A stretch of DNA of 61,486 nt from Nitrospira sp. (GCA_027020665.1 JALUVJ010000039.1:1-61486); one strand, 5' to 3'. Positions 20,809 through 31,603 are shown, numbered from the stretch's first letter. Notes: a model not told the origin generated them from the sequence alone. Made by a program: numbers and translations.

Positions 20809-22086
20809 TTATTGCATGCCTTTTTTGTCAATCTGCGGCGAAGGGTTTTTACTGAAAATACTGGTAATCATATTTCGGTTTTCTTCTGCGATTACCGGTT
20901 TCGGGTTGATTTTTAGGACGATTTCAGCCGTGTCGGCGATTTGTTTTTTTGCGGGCAGGCTCTGCATGAGTTGATTCATGACTTTTTCTGCGGTGAGACG
21001 ATAGGTGGTCAGCTTGCCGCCGTAAATGGTGAGCAGGCGCGGCAGAGCGGCATCATCCGTTTTAAACTGGGTTTCGCGCGGGCGCATGCCAAAACCGCCC
21101 TTCCCCTTGGGCAAAACACGGCAGCCGGCAAAGGCCGATCGGATTTCTTTTATTTGAAAGGTCTGAAATCGGGGAAAATAGCACGCAAGGGTTTCAAGCA
21201 GATAGGCCTTTTCTTCGTGCAGGGCTTCGACCGCTGAAGGGCTGCCTTTAAAAACCGTTTCGGTCGTGCCGACCATTGTTTTCCCTTTCCAGGGCATGAC
21301 AAAAACCGGCCGCCGGTCACGCGGGGCCTCCAGATAATAAATCCCTTGCGTTATTTTTTCATCCAGTAAAATGTGCGTGCCCTGAACGAGTTCCATCGCG
21401 AGTTTTTCCGGGGAGGGCGTGATGCAATCCAAAACCGTATCCACCCAAGGGCCGGTCGCATTAACAAGTGCTGCCGTGCTACAGCTTTCTTCGCCGTCCT
21501 TATGAAGATAGCGGACCCGGTAGTGATCTTTTTCCCGAATGCCTTTCTGAAAAACAGCAGGCATACAGAGCTCAGCGCCGAGCGCCTGCGCCGAGTCCGC
21601 CACGGCCTGTGTCAAGGCCTGATCATCGGTTTGAGCATCCCAGTACTGGTAAACCGCGCAAAGATTTTTTGTCTGTAAACCATCCAAGTGATCCCAGTCT
21701 GATTTTAAAAGGCAACGGAAGCGGAAGGGTTTTCCCAGTCCTCCGAGCAGCGCGTAAAGAGAGAGGCCGAGACGCAGGGTCATTGCGTTACGTTTTGAGT
21801 TGTTATAGACCGGGATATAAAACGGCGTTAATTTAACCAAGTCGGGGGCATTTTTGAGCAAAAGCGTACGCTCTTGCAAAGATTCACGGACGAGCGAAAG
21901 CTGGCCGCTTTCGAGATAACGCAGGCCGCCGTGAATGAGCTTGCTGGAACGGCCGGACGTGCCGCTGCCGATGCCGTGTTGTTCCAGCAGGAGCACACGA
22001 TAGCCGCGTGCAGCGGCGGCTTGCGCAACGCCTGCTCCGTGAATGCCGGCCCCCACGACAATGACATCATAATGCGCTGCGCTCAA
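20809..22086 (-). CDS. FAD-dependent glycerol-3-phosphate dehydrogenase/oxidase-like protein
   Basis: YDVIVVGAGIHGAGVAQAAAARGYRVLLLEQHGIGSGTSGRSSKLIHGGLRYLE is the GlpD-type N-terminus. At 425 aa it is shorter than enterobacterial GlpD. Confidence 0.8.
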   Translation of the reverse strand: MSAAHYDVIVVGAGIHGAGVAQAAAARGYRVLLLEQHGIGSGTSGRSSKLIHGGLRYLESGQLSLVRESLQERTLLLKNAPDLVKLTPFYIPVYNNSKRNAMTLRLGLSLYALLGGLGKPFRFRCLLKSDWDHLDGLQTKNLCAVYQYWDAQTDDQALTQAVADSAQALGAELCMPAVFQKGIREKDHYRVRYLHKDGEESCSTAALVNATGPWVDTVLDCITPSPEKLAMELVQGTHILLDEKITQGIYYLEAPRDRRPVFVMPWKGKTMVGTTETVFKGSPSAVEALHEEKAYLLETLACYFPRFQTFQIKEIRSAFAGCRVLPKGKGGFGMRPRETQFKTDDAALPRLLTIYGGKLTTYRLTAEKVMNQLMQSLPAKKQIADTAEIVLKINPKPVIAEENRNMITSIFSKNPSPQIDKKGMQ

Positions 22087-22840
22087 AACAGCCTCCTTGC
22101 TTCAGCCTTGCGTCCGCCAGCATGCCGCCAATGTCCATTGTTTCAATCAAGTCCGCACCACGCGCATGAAGTGTGATCGCCCGCTCCGGATCGGTCACTT
22201 CATAAAAACACCACTGCCACGGCCCGTGCCAGAAGGGCGTTGAGGCCGTCGGGATTTTTTGATGATTGCAGATGAGAAAATCCGGCGCAAGCTCTTCGGC
22301 CCGGGCGCGGTCGCCGTCCGACCAGGTTTTTAAGACCCGGCCGATGCGCATTACTCCTGCCTCACGGGCAGCGCGCAGCGCGGCGTCATGATAGGAAATG
22401 ATGCAGGACTGTTTCAAAACAGGAGCGATGCGGGCCATGACGGCCTTTAAGACCGCAGCGACACCAAAAATCTCAAGGCTTTCTTCTTTCAGTTCGATAA
22501 AGGCCGTGACCTGCGGCCAATCGCGAAGCAAGGCAGCAACTTGCGAAAGGCCGGGAATTCTAACCTCCCGATGCAGAAATTGCTTGCCGAAACGTGCGGG
22601 GTCGTGGGCCGAAACGATTCGAATTTCTTTGTACCTTTGTTTCAGCAGGTTTTTTTGAATCCCCGTTGTCCGCGCCAGCGTGGCATCGTGGAAAACAACC
22701 GGGACGCCGTCCGCCGTGCATTGCACGTCAAATTCCACAAAACAAGCACCGCTTTTCAGGGCTTCATGTATCGAAAGCAAGGTATTTTCAGGAAAATGCG
22801 TCGCATACCCGCGATGGGCAACCAATTGAGGCACAGACAT
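22067..22840 (-). CDS. ugpQ: Cytoplasmic glycerophosphodiester phosphodiesterase
   Basis: LVAHRGYATHFPENTLLSIHEAL...VEFDVQCTADGVPVVFHD is the GDPD signature. It has no signal peptide and overlaps the downstream dehydrogenase gene by 20 nt. Confidence 0.8.
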   Translation of the reverse strand: MSVPQLVAHRGYATHFPENTLLSIHEALKSGACFVEFDVQCTADGVPVVFHDATLARTTGIQKNLLKQRYKEIRIVSAHDPARFGKQFLHREVRIPGLSQVAALLRDWPQVTAFIELKEESLEIFGVAAVLKAVMARIAPVLKQSCIISYHDAALRAAREAGVMRIGRVLKTWSDGDRARAEELAPDFLICNHQKIPTASTPFWHGPWQWCFYEVTDPERAITLHARGADLIETMDIGGMLADARLKQGGCFERSAL

Positions 22841-22875
22841 TTTTAAACCTCACAGGCATGAGTCCGGGGCAAAGC

Positions 22876-23733
22876 TCAGGCGATGATTTCGGTCCCGACG
22901 CCTTGATCCGTAAAGATCTCAAGCAGTAGGGCATGGGGCACACGTCCGTCAATAATGTGGGCTTTGCGCACGCCCTGTTCCACGCTGGACACCGCGGCTT
23001 CGATTTTAGGCATCATCCCGCCCTTGATCACACCATCCTGAATCAGTTGGACCACTTGTTTTTTGACCAGGGTGGGAATCAGCACACCGTCTTGCCCCAA
23101 AATACCGGGCACGTCCGTCAAAATAAGCAGCTTTTCGGCAGAAAGGGCGGCAGCCAGACTCCCTGCGACAAGATCCGCATTGATGTTGTAGGTTTTTCCG
23201 GTTTCATCCGCACCGATCGGTGAAATCACGGGCACAAAACGCCCTTCGTCCAGTGTCTTCAGAATTTCGGCATCCACAGATGCGACTTCCCCGACCTGCC
23301 CCATGGTTTCTTCTTTTCCCCGCAGGCGTCGGGCTTTGATGAGGCGCCCGTCTTTCCCCGTGAGGCCGACGCCTTTTCCGCCCATTTGATTAATAAGTGT
23401 GACGATTTCTTTATTCACCGTCCCGGCCAGGACCATTTCCACAACGGACATGGTTTCGGGATCGGTGACGCGCACTCCTTCGATAAATTTGGGCTCAAGC
23501 CCAAGGCGTTTCATCATGCCGGAGATTTGAGGCCCGCCCCCGTGAACGATGACGGGGTGCATGCCGACATACTTCATCAAAACAATGTCTTCGGCAAATT
23601 GGCGTTTTAAATGGGTTTCAGTCATCGCCGCGCCGCCATATTTGATGACGATGGTTTTCCCGAAAAAGGCCTGAATATAAGGCAGGGCTTCAATGAGGGT
23701 ATCGGCTTTTTTACGTAAGGATTCGTTTGTCAT
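22876..23733 (-). CDS. argB: Acetylglutamate kinase
   Basis: VIKYGGAAM, VIVHGGGPQI, and NINADLVAGSLAAAL. Confidence 0.95.
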   Translation of the reverse strand: MTNESLRKKADTLIEALPYIQAFFGKTIVIKYGGAAMTETHLKRQFAEDIVLMKYVGMHPVIVHGGGPQISGMMKRLGLEPKFIEGVRVTDPETMSVVEMVLAGTVNKEIVTLINQMGGKGVGLTGKDGRLIKARRLRGKEETMGQVGEVASVDAEILKTLDEGRFVPVISPIGADETGKTYNINADLVAGSLAAALSAEKLLILTDVPGILGQDGVLIPTLVKKQVVQLIQDGVIKGGMMPKIEAAVSSVEQGVRKAHIIDGRVPHALLLEIFTDQGVGTEIIA

Positions 23734-23777
23734 TTTAAAAATCCAAGCGGTTTCGAGCGGGGGAATTTATGGAAGTT

Positions 23778-25160
23778 CTACAGTATGTAGCGAGACAAAT
23801 CGCCATCTTTTACAACCGCGCCCATGCGTTCTTCGACATATAAGGCATCCACGACGACTTTTTTATCTTCCAATTCGGGAGCCGCAAAAGAAACCTCGTC
23901 AAGCAAACGTTCCAAAATGGTAAAAAGTCGCCGGGCCCCGATATTTTCGTCCCGCTCATTTACTTGCACTGCCGTTTCCGCAATGGCTTCGATGGCGTCG
24001 TCGGTCAAAATCAGCTCGATGCCTTCGGTCGCCAGCAGACCGACATATTGTTTTTTGAGTGAGTTTTTGGGTTCGGTGAGGATGCGGACAAATTCTTCCT
24101 TGCCAAGTGAATTGAGTTCAACGCGAATGGGAAAACGGCCTTGCAGTTCCGGAATCAAATCCGAGGGTTTTGCGGTGTGGAAGGCGCCTGCGGCAATAAA
24201 CAGGATGTGATCCGTTTTGACCATGCCGTACTTCGTATTGATCGTGGAGCCCTCCACGATGGGCAGCAAGTCGCGCTGCACGCCTTCACGGGAGACATCC
24301 GGGCCTTGCCCTTTTTCGCGGCTTGCGATTTTATCCACCTCGTCCAGAAAGATGATGCCGGAATTTTCAACCCGCTGCACGGCATCATGCACGACTTCGT
24401 CCATGTCGATCAATTTTGCGGCTTCTTCTTGATTGAGCAAATTCAGGGCCTCAGGCACTTTCACGCGGCGGCGTTTCTTTTTTCCGGGCATCATGTTGCC
24501 CAGCATGTCCCGAAGATTCATTTCCAGATCTTCCATACCGACATTGGAGATGACACCGATGGGCGGAGTGGACTTATCGGTCACATCCAGTTCCACTGAA
24601 CGTTTGTCGAGTTTTCCCTCACGGAGTTGCTGACGGAGCTTTTCACGGCTTTTTGAATAAGAATCCGTCGGCGCCGCTTCGTTTTCTCTGGATTCGCTGT
24701 AGACGCCGGTAGGCGCGCTGCGCGCGGGGGGCGGCAGCAAAAGATCGAGCAGGCGATCTTCTGCGGCTTGCGCGGCTTTTTCCTGAACGCTGGCATTGTG
24801 CCGGGCTTTGACCATGTTGACCGAAAGCTCGGCAAGGTCTCTTACCATCGACTCTACATCTCGCCCGACATAACCGACTTCGGTAAATTTGGAGGCCTCG
24901 ACCTTAATAAAGGGAGCGCCTGAAAGCTTGGCCAAGCGACGGGAGATTTCCGTTTTTCCCACACCCGTCGGGCCCATCATAATGATGTTTTTGGGCAAAA
25001 CCTCATCTTTCAGATCTTCCGGAAGACGCTGCCGTCGCCAGCGGTTTCTGAGCGCGATGGCGACCATCCGCTTGGCTTCTTTCTGCCCCACGATGTATTT
25101 GTCGAGTGCTTCGACAATTTTGCGCGGAATCAGGTTTTCATAGTCTTCGACGTCTTCCAT
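23778..25160 (-). CDS. hslU: ATP-dependent protease HslVU, ATPase subunit
   Basis: The start at 25160 ([26 protein letters not shown]) has GAGGAG upstream. It has Walker [11 protein letters not shown] and the C-terminal LSRYIL. Confidence 0.95.
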   Translation of the reverse strand: MEDVEDYENLIPRKIVEALDKYIVGQKEAKRMVAIALRNRWRRQRLPEDLKDEVLPKNIIMMGPTGVGKTEISRRLAKLSGAPFIKVEASKFTEVGYVGRDVESMVRDLAELSVNMVKARHNASVQEKAAQAAEDRLLDLLLPPPARSAPTGVYSESRENEAAPTDSYSKSREKLRQQLREGKLDKRSVELDVTDKSTPPIGVISNVGMEDLEMNLRDMLGNMMPGKKKRRRVKVPEALNLLNQEEAAKLIDMDEVVHDAVQRVENSGIIFLDEVDKIASREKGQGPDVSREGVQRDLLPIVEGSTINTKYGMVKTDHILFIAAGAFHTAKPSDLIPELQGRFPIRVELNSLGKEEFVRILTEPKNSLKKQYVGLLATEGIELILTDDAIEAIAETAVQVNERDENIGARRLFTILERLLDEVSFAAPELEDKKVVVDALYVEERMGAVVKDGDLSRYIL

Positions 25161-25310
25161 AGGATTCTTCTCCTCAAGGACGGATGGGGCTCCGTGCCGC
25201 CCTCCGAATTCATGCCTCTGTCTCTCTGTAGAAAAAAGGGGCATCTTAACCGGAATACCCTTAAAAAGAAAAGCTTTTTCTCGACTTGAAACAAAGGGAA
25301 TGCGATCCGT

Positions 25311-25841
25311 TTATTCAAGCACTTCGACAAGGGTTTCTTCGTTCGTATAAATGCAAATTTCCGCAGCGATCTTAAGCGCGGACTCCACAATTGCACGGGC
25401 ATCCAAATCGGAATGCGTGAGCAAAGCCGTTGCGGCAGCCTGAGCATAAGGTCCGCCCGATCCAATCGCGACAATGCCGTTTTCGGGTTCGATGACATCT
25501 CCGGTTCCCGAAATGAGCAGGGAATGGTCTTGGTCCGCGACCGCGAGCAGGGCTTCGAGCCGCCGAAGCATGCGATCCGTGCGCCAATCTTTCGCCAACT
25601 CAACGGCAGCACGCGTCAGGTTCCCGTGGTATTGTTCCAGCTTGCCTTCAAATTTTTCAAAAAGCGTGAAAGCATCCGCCGTCGCGCCTGCAAATCCGGT
25701 CAAAATCCGGTCATTAAAAATTTTCCGGACTTTTCGGGTATTGTGTTTAATCACGGTGTTGCCGAGCGTGACTTGTCCGTCACCCGCCATGGCGACCCGA
25801 CCGCCGCGCCGCACTGAAATAATCGTCGTTGAACGAATCAT
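25311..25841 (-). CDS. hslV: ATP-dependent protease HslVU, peptidase subunit
   Basis: The start at 25841 has AGGAG upstream. [27 protein letters not shown] contains the N-terminal Thr nucleophile context. Confidence 0.95.
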   Translation of the reverse strand: MIRSTTIISVRRGGRVAMAGDGQVTLGNTVIKHNTRKVRKIFNDRILTGFAGATADAFTLFEKFEGKLEQYHGNLTRAAVELAKDWRTDRMLRRLEALLAVADQDHSLLISGTGDVIEPENGIVAIGSGGPYAQAAATALLTHSDLDARAIVESALKIAAEICIYTNEETLVEVLE

Positions 25842-25973
25842 CTTTCTCCTTACATTCACGGGTGTGGAAACCCGTGAGATTAAAAGTCTCTTCATTAGAA
25901 TTAAGCATTAACCTGAAGGAAAACAAGGGCCGAATCAAACAGGAAAGAAAATGAATGCATACATTACCCTTTT

Positions 25974-26351
25974 TCAGGAGGATATCGGGGGGGCTTTTCC
26001 CTGCTGAAACAAAAAAACCACATAGGTGCCTGTGAGCTGAATCCCGCCAAGCGCCGCCAAATAAATGCCGGCCCCCCCGGAATACTGATTTTGATAATAA
26101 CTGTAAAAAACCATGCCTGTAACGATGATGGTAATAAAACCAATCAGGCCGTATACCCAATAAAGCCGCACTTTTTTTCGCAACAGTTCGAAACAGATTG
26201 CGGCAAAGCCGATGATGCCCAGCACCAAGACAATCCGGCCGTCTAACATCTGGAAGCCCCGCATTGAAATGACGAAGAGCTTGGGTTCGATCCAAGTTAA
26301 AAAACAGCTTGCGATGATAAGGAACGTATTAAAAAGAATGTAGTACGGCAC
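25974..26351 (-). CDS. Small polytopic membrane protein of unknown function
   Basis: 125 aa with four predicted hydrophobic helices. It has no recognisable motif. It is called coding from its length and hydrophobic periodicity. Confidence 0.5.
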   Translation of the reverse strand: MPYYILFNTFLIIASCFLTWIEPKLFVISMRGFQMLDGRIVLVLGIIGFAAICFELLRKKVRLYWVYGLIGFITIIVTGMVFYSYYQNQYSGGAGIYLAALGGIQLTGTYVVFLFQQGKAPPISS

Positions 26352-26567
26352 CTTGCAAAATTCCCTGCATGATCAAAAACAAGCGGGAGCATATAAAAAA
26401 ACACGGGAAAAAGCAAAACAGATTTTAACTGAAGCTTTGAAAAAACAGTCCTCAGCATCATATCAACCGCCTTTTTCCGTTTATGTTTTTGAGGAAGTGC
26501 GCATTGACCCCGAATCAAAAAGCTGTGTAAGATATTTCAGTTTTCCACCGATTGATGAAGGAGACGC

Positions 26568-27680
26568 TTGCAGCTCCCCTTACACAAAATTCACCAAGCC
26601 CTTGGCGCACAATTTGCCGTTTACGGTACATGGGAATTGCCCCGCCACTATGGCGATCCGCTTCAGGAATACCGCAGCCTTCGGGAAAATCTTGCCTTGG
26701 CCGATATTTCGCATCAGGGCCTTTTGCTGGTGACCGGAGCGGACCACACAAGCTTTTTAAACAGTCTGATTAGCAATGATCTGCCCAAGGCCGGAGAGAA
26801 TGCGGGCACTTACGCCTTTTTCCTGACCGCAAAAGGGAAAATACTTGCGGATTTTTTTCTTTATCCGCTGCCCGAAGGACTGCTGATGGTGCTGGATTAC
26901 GAAAATGTTGAAAAAACACAATCCCATTTCATGCGTTTCCGCTTGCGCAGCAAGGTTGAAATGAAGACCCCCGCCTGGGGAAGACTGCTGGTTTCCGGCC
27001 CAAAAGCCCCAAAGCTGATTGAAAAATACATCGGAGAAGGTCTGCCTGCTTTACAGGAAAAATCGTTTTTTGAAAAAGAAATTGATGGGGCGCGCTTGAT
27101 TTGCATCAAACGCTCAATCACCGGAGAAACGGACTTCCACCTTTACACGCCGCTCGAAAAACTTGAACCGTTATGGCACCGCCTGCTATCGGACGGGGCG
27201 GAATGGGATATTCGGCCCCTTGCGCAGGACGCGCTGGAAATCGCCCGCATTGAGGCAGGCGTCCCGCGCTACGGCACCGAGCTCAATGACAACATCCTTC
27301 CCGTCGAAGCTGGCCTTCAGAACGAAGGTATCAGCTACAGCAAAGGCTGCTTTCCGGGTCAGGAAGTCATTGCCCGCCTTAAAACCTACGGGCACGTCAA
27401 CCGGAAACTTTCCGGGCTTATTTTTGAGGGCGAGGATCTGCCTGAACCGGGGGCAAAGGTGTTTCAGGGCGAAAAAGCGGTGGGGTGGCTCACCTCCGCG
27501 GCCCACTCGCCGAAGGTCGGAAAAATCATTGCAATGGCTTATTTGCGACGGGAAGTGCTGAACCCCGGCATCCGACTCACCGTCTCGGTCAATTCGGCGC
27601 AGGTCTTGGCGACAGTCGCCACCCTGCCGTTTTATTCCAATCCCCTGATTTTATCGAAATCCAACGATATCGTGAGGTAA
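26568..27680 (+). CDS. ygfZ: YgfZ/GcvT-family folate-binding protein (Fe-S cluster repair type)
   Basis: TTG start with GAAGGAG upstream. It has the aminomethyltransferase-like fold and the YgfZ signature KGCFPGQEVIARL. Confidence 0.8.
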   Translation: MQLPLHKIHQALGAQFAVYGTWELPRHYGDPLQEYRSLRENLALADISHQGLLLVTGADHTSFLNSLISNDLPKAGENAGTYAFFLTAKGKILADFFLYPLPEGLLMVLDYENVEKTQSHFMRFRLRSKVEMKTPAWGRLLVSGPKAPKLIEKYIGEGLPALQEKSFFEKEIDGARLICIKRSITGETDFHLYTPLEKLEPLWHRLLSDGAEWDIRPLAQDALEIARIEAGVPRYGTELNDNILPVEAGLQNEGISYSKGCFPGQEVIARLKTYGHVNRKLSGLIFEGEDLPEPGAKVFQGEKAVGWLTSAAHSPKVGKIIAMAYLRREVLNPGIRLTVSVNSAQVLATVATLPFYSNPLILSKSNDIVR

Positions 27681-27684
27681 GCAC

Positions 27685-28017
27685 GTGGCACAGCATGAAG
27701 ACGATTGTATTATTTTATTAGAATTTTCAATGTCGCCTTTAACAAAAGGGGACAGCGTCAGCCAATACGTTTCCCGTTCACTCGAAATCATTGACAAGAG
27801 CGGTCTCCCCTATCGGCTGAATCCGATGGGCACCGTAATCGAAGGCCCTTGGATTCAGGTCATGGACGTGGTCAAGGCTTGTTTGGACCGGATGCGGGAA
27901 GACTGCGACCGCGTTTCCACTATTGTCAAAATCGATTACCGCAAAGGCAAGACGGGACGACTGGAATCCAAGGTCGCAAGCGTGCAGGAAAAACTGGGGC
28001 GAAGCCTTTCCACCTAA
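27685..28017 (+). CDS. MTH1187/YkoF-family (DUF77) thiamine-binding-type protein
   Basis: IILLEFSMSPLTKGDSVSQYV...YRLNPMGTVIEG...STIVKIDYR is the typical DUF77 pattern. GTG start. Confidence 0.75.
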   Translation: MAQHEDDCIILLEFSMSPLTKGDSVSQYVSRSLEIIDKSGLPYRLNPMGTVIEGPWIQVMDVVKACLDRMREDCDRVSTIVKIDYRKGKTGRLESKVASVQEKLGRSLST

Positions 28018-28019
28018 AA

Positions 28020-28055
28020 AAGCTCTGATTCAGTCCGGGCTGAAAAAGTCGTTCC
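28020..28055. repeat. Short divergent copy of the GGAAGC..GATTAAG repeat family
   Basis: AAGCTCTGATTCAG-TCCGGG-CTGAAAAAGTCGTTCC, lying between the DUF77 stop and the pdxB start. Confidence 0.35.
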
Positions 28056-28060
28056 ATCGG

Positions 28061-29227
28061 GTGCATCCCTTGAAAATCGTCATTGATGAAAACATCCCCT
28101 TTGGCCCAGCAGCCTTCGGAAAGCTGGGGACCGTCACGGCGCTGCCCGGTCGCGCGATTTCCCCCGAGATGGTCCGCGATGCCACGGCGCTCGTTGTGCG
28201 CTCCGTGACCTGCGTAAATGCTGCCTTGCTTCAGGGCAGCGCCGTACAATTTGTCGGCACGGCAACGGCGGGTTGTGATCACATCGACCGGGATTATCTC
28301 AGTAAAAACCGCATCCTTTTTGTCTCTGCCGCGGGTGCGAATGCCAATTCCGTTGCAGAATATGTGATCAGCGCCTTATTCATGCATGCGCAGGAACACA
28401 GCACCCCGCTTCAAGGGAAAACGCTGGGGATTATCGGTGTAGGACATGTCGGACAATTGCTGGCGCAAAAAGCGGCGGCCATCGGGATGAACCTGATTTT
28501 AAATGACCCGCCACTGCAAAGATCCGGCGGAAAACACGCGTATCGGTCCTTTGAAGAAACCTGTGCAGCCGATTTTGTGAGCCTGCACGTGCCGCTGAGT
28601 TATGACGGGCCGGACGCGACCCGCCATCTTTTGAATGAAAAAACACTGCGCGCCTTCCGCCCTGAAACGCTTGTCATCAATACTTCGCGCGGAGAAGTTG
28701 CGGATGAAGCGGCTTTATTTAAAGCGGTGAAGGCCGGACGATTGCTTCCACCCGTTCTGGATGTTTGGGCAAATGAGCCCGACATCAATTGGGATTTTGT
28801 ACGCGTGCTTGAAAGCGGAACACCGCATATCGCAGGTTATGCCTTGGACGGAAAAATCAAAAGCACACAAATAATTTATGAAGCCCTCTGTGCGGCGCTC
28901 GGCGTGATGCCCGCTTGGCCTCATGAATCTTTGGGGCTTCCCAAGGCAAGCCCTCTCCACATCGATGCCGGGACAAAAGATGCGCTCACCGTGCTCTCCA
29001 ATCTCTGCAGGCAGGCTTACGATCTTTCCGGAGACAGGGCACGCTTGACGGCTTTATTGCATCTTCCGCCCGCAGCCCGCCCCGCAGCTTTTGAGCGCTT
29101 GCGAAAAACATACCCCGTACGCAGGGAATTTCGGCACCTGCCGCTGACCGTGCAGGGTGCCTCTCTGCAACTGCATCGTCAAATCACAGGACTCGGGTTT
29201 AAACCGCAAGCGCCAAAACTCCTCTGA
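28061..29227 (+). CDS. pdxB: 4-phosphoerythronate dehydrogenase
   Basis: KIVIDENIPFG...VVRSVTCVNAALL...FVGTATAGCDHID, the NAD fingerprint GIIGVGHVG, and the dimerisation C-domain. The start is GTG at 28061 or TTG at 28070. The ORF-track start at 27923 would overlap DUF77. Confidence 0.8.
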   Translation: MHPLKIVIDENIPFGPAAFGKLGTVTALPGRAISPEMVRDATALVVRSVTCVNAALLQGSAVQFVGTATAGCDHIDRDYLSKNRILFVSAAGANANSVAEYVISALFMHAQEHSTPLQGKTLGIIGVGHVGQLLAQKAAAIGMNLILNDPPLQRSGGKHAYRSFEETCAADFVSLHVPLSYDGPDATRHLLNEKTLRAFRPETLVINTSRGEVADEAALFKAVKAGRLLPPVLDVWANEPDINWDFVRVLESGTPHIAGYALDGKIKSTQIIYEALCAALGVMPAWPHESLGLPKASPLHIDAGTKDALTVLSNLCRQAYDLSGDRARLTALLHLPPAARPAAFERLRKTYPVRREFRHLPLTVQGASLQLHRQITGLGFKPQAPKLL

Positions 29228-29352
29228 TCCATCCGTATTAAATCCAGTAAACTCGTCTCAAACGCAGTGTTTCCCCCATTTATTGAATTCTCTTATATAC
29301 TCAAAAGAGGGGCAGCGGGCGCGCCATCAAAGATGACTTACGCAGGGGTGCA

Positions 29353-30570
29353 ATGAAAACCTTTATTGCAAGACAGCCGATTTTTGATACCCGACAAGAT
29401 GTCTATGCCTATGAACTGCTCTTTCGCTCCGGCCTGGATAATTTTTTTAACGGGGACAACCTGGATCAGGCTTCTTCCAAGGTGATTGGCGACAGCGTAT
29501 TGCTTCACGGCCTGGATGTGCTCACGGCAGGGAAAAAAGCCTTTTACAATGTTACCCGCCAAACGCTCACAGACGAATATTGCGCCATGCTGCCCAAAGA
29601 TCAGACGGTTGTGGAAATTCTGGAAAACATCGAACCCGATGCGCAAACGCTTGAAGCATGCCAACGGCTCAAAGAAGCGGGCTACTCTATTGCCCTCGAC
29701 GACTTTGTCTACGAAGAGAAATTCAAACCTTTTCTCGACCTTGCAGACATTATCAAGGTGGACTTTCTTTTGTCCGATAAAGAAGAACAACGTAAAATGG
29801 CCGAACGCTTTATCCCGGAAGGTATTGAAATGTTAGCAGAAAAAGTAGAAACCTGGGAAGTTTATCAGGAAGCCAAAGAAATGGGCTACTGTTATTTTCA
29901 GGGCTATTATTTCAGCAAGCCCACCATCCTGAGTACAAAAGACATCCCCGGCTTCAAGCTCCACTACCTTCAGATTCTTCAGGAGATTCAAAAACCGGAG
30001 TTAAGTTACCAGGGCCTTGAGGCAATTATTAAGCGGGAAATGTCGCTTTCCTACAAACTGCTACGATACATCAACTCCGCTTTTTTCGGTTGGCATGTAA
30101 GCATTTCCTCCATCAACCACGCCCTCGTGCTCTTGGGGGAAGTCGAGGTCAAAAAATGGAGCTCGCTCATGGCCTTGTCCAACATGGCAGAGGGCAAGGC
30201 GGATGAATTGGTGGTTCAAGCCATTGTGCGTGCGAAATTCTGTGAATCGCTCGCACCGAAATTGGGCCTGGCCGCCCGTGCACAGGACCTTTTTTTAATG
30301 GGCATGTTTTCACTCATTGACGGTATTATGGATCGCCCCATTGAAGAGATTTTGGAAAAAATCCCGATTGAAGCCGACATCAAGGATGCACTCTTAGGGG
30401 AAGACGGCCGTCTCAACGAAATCTACAAACTGATCCTGGCCTACGAACGAGGCAATTGGGAGGCCATCCCCGGACTGCACGAAAAGCTGCGTTTGGACGA
30501 AGAAGGCATCGCCGCATTTTATTTGCAAGCCGTGGACTGGGCCAACCAAAGTTTCAAAGGGACAGATTAG
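29353..30570 (+). CDS. EAL-domain (YuxH-type) plus HDOD-domain signalling protein
   Basis: IARQPIFDTRQDVYAYELLFR, IALDDF, KVD and QGYYFSKP are EAL motifs. The C-terminal HDOD region reads KLLRYINSAFFGWHVSISSINHALVLLG. Confidence 0.85.
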   Translation: MKTFIARQPIFDTRQDVYAYELLFRSGLDNFFNGDNLDQASSKVIGDSVLLHGLDVLTAGKKAFYNVTRQTLTDEYCAMLPKDQTVVEILENIEPDAQTLEACQRLKEAGYSIALDDFVYEEKFKPFLDLADIIKVDFLLSDKEEQRKMAERFIPEGIEMLAEKVETWEVYQEAKEMGYCYFQGYYFSKPTILSTKDIPGFKLHYLQILQEIQKPELSYQGLEAIIKREMSLSYKLLRYINSAFFGWHVSISSINHALVLLGEVEVKKWSSLMALSNMAEGKADELVVQAIVRAKFCESLAPKLGLAARAQDLFLMGMFSLIDGIMDRPIEEILEKIPIEADIKDALLGEDGRLNEIYKLILAYERGNWEAIPGLHEKLRLDEEGIAAFYLQAVDWANQSFKGTD

Positions 30571-30697
30571 GGCGTGTTCTGAGCGTCCGAGAAAGAAAAA
30601 TCCGCTTATTTTCCAACACCTGATGCAATCAAAAGCGCCGCTCAATCGTTTATCCTCATGCAGGGTAAAAAACTTCAAAAAATAAAAGGAGCCGCTT

Positions 30698-31105
30698 ATG
30701 TGCAATCGCATCAAAATAAACTGTTTTCGTCTCATTCTTATTATGGTCGTGGCCTCAACAAACCTTGCTGCTTTTGCAGGCGATGATCCGTCTATTCAGG
30801 GAAGTTTACGCAAGGACATCAAAACGGCCATGCAAGATTTGATCGAACGCAATACCGTCAATGAGGTTTATCGCATTTATGATCCGATCCGGGGCAAGCT
30901 GCTTCAACTTACACTGGTGAAGCTGCATGACGGCATTGTGAAAAAGGGCGATTATTTTGTGAGTTGTGCGGATTTTAAGGATGCCGCCGGCAATCTCGTT
31001 GACCTTGATTTCTTGGTGATTCAAAACGGTAAAACCCTGATCGCCACACAGGCCGTCATCCACAAAGCCAACGGGAAAAAACGCAAATATCATCTCGAAG
31101 GATAG
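30698..31105 (+). CDS. Secreted protein of unknown function; first gene of the ECF sigma operon
   Basis: AAAGGAG upstream and signal peptide CFRLILIMVVASTNLAAFA. It ends 9 nt before the sigma-factor gene. Confidence 0.55.
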   Translation: MCNRIKINCFRLILIMVVASTNLAAFAGDDPSIQGSLRKDIKTAMQDLIERNTVNEVYRIYDPIRGKLLQLTLVKLHDGIVKKGDYFVSCADFKDAAGNLVDLDFLVIQNGKTLIATQAVIHKANGKKRKYHLEG

Positions 31106-31114
31106 GATAAACCT

Positions 31115-31603
31115 TTGCCGGAAGAAGCCTCAGACACAACAAAAACACTGTTGATTCGAGGCTATCGTTATGCCTTTTCGCTCACGCACGACCCGGCGCA
31201 AGCCGAAGACTTATTGCAAGACGCCTGGGTCGCCGTGCTGAAGGCAGGCGGCCCCCGGAAACGGGCCTACTTGTTTTCGGCCATTCGCAGCCGTTTTCTG
31301 GATCAACGGCGGCGGGAGCAGCTTATCGTCATTGAAGCCTTGGATGAACACGATGACCCTGAGGACACAAGCACGGAAGAAATAATCTTTGCCGATACAC
31401 AAATGCTGGAAAAAGCCCTGTCAACCTTGCGACCGCTGGAACGTGAAACCCTGTTACTTTCGGAGATTGAAGGGTATACGGCGCAAGAGATTGCAAGCGT
31501 GACCGGCCATCCGCGCGGCACCGTGCTCAGCCTGATTCACCGCAGCCGGAAAAAGCTCAAACAATATTTGCTTTCACAAGCGGATAAGGAAGGGCATGGC
31601 TAA
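31115..31603 (+). CDS. ECF-type RNA polymerase sigma-70 factor
   Basis: Region 2 is AEDLLQDAWVAVLK...FLDQRRR. Region 4 HTH is EGYTAQEIASVTGHPRGTVLSLIHRSRKKLK. TTG start. Confidence 0.85.
   Translation: MPEEASDTTKTLLIRGYRYAFSLTHDPAQAEDLLQDAWVAVLKAGGPRKRAYLFSAIRSRFLDQRRREQLIVIEALDEHDDPEDTSTEEIIFADTQMLEKALSTLRPLERETLLLSEIEGYTAQEIASVTGHPRGTVLSLIHRSRKKLKQYLLSQADKEGHG

Noticed and set aside
20809-22840. The glycerol-3-phosphate dehydrogenase-like gene and ugpQ considered as part of a novel system.
   Set aside because: It is a standard glycerophosphodiester-catabolism pairing with overlapping genes. There is nothing unusual beyond the absence of a transporter in the window.
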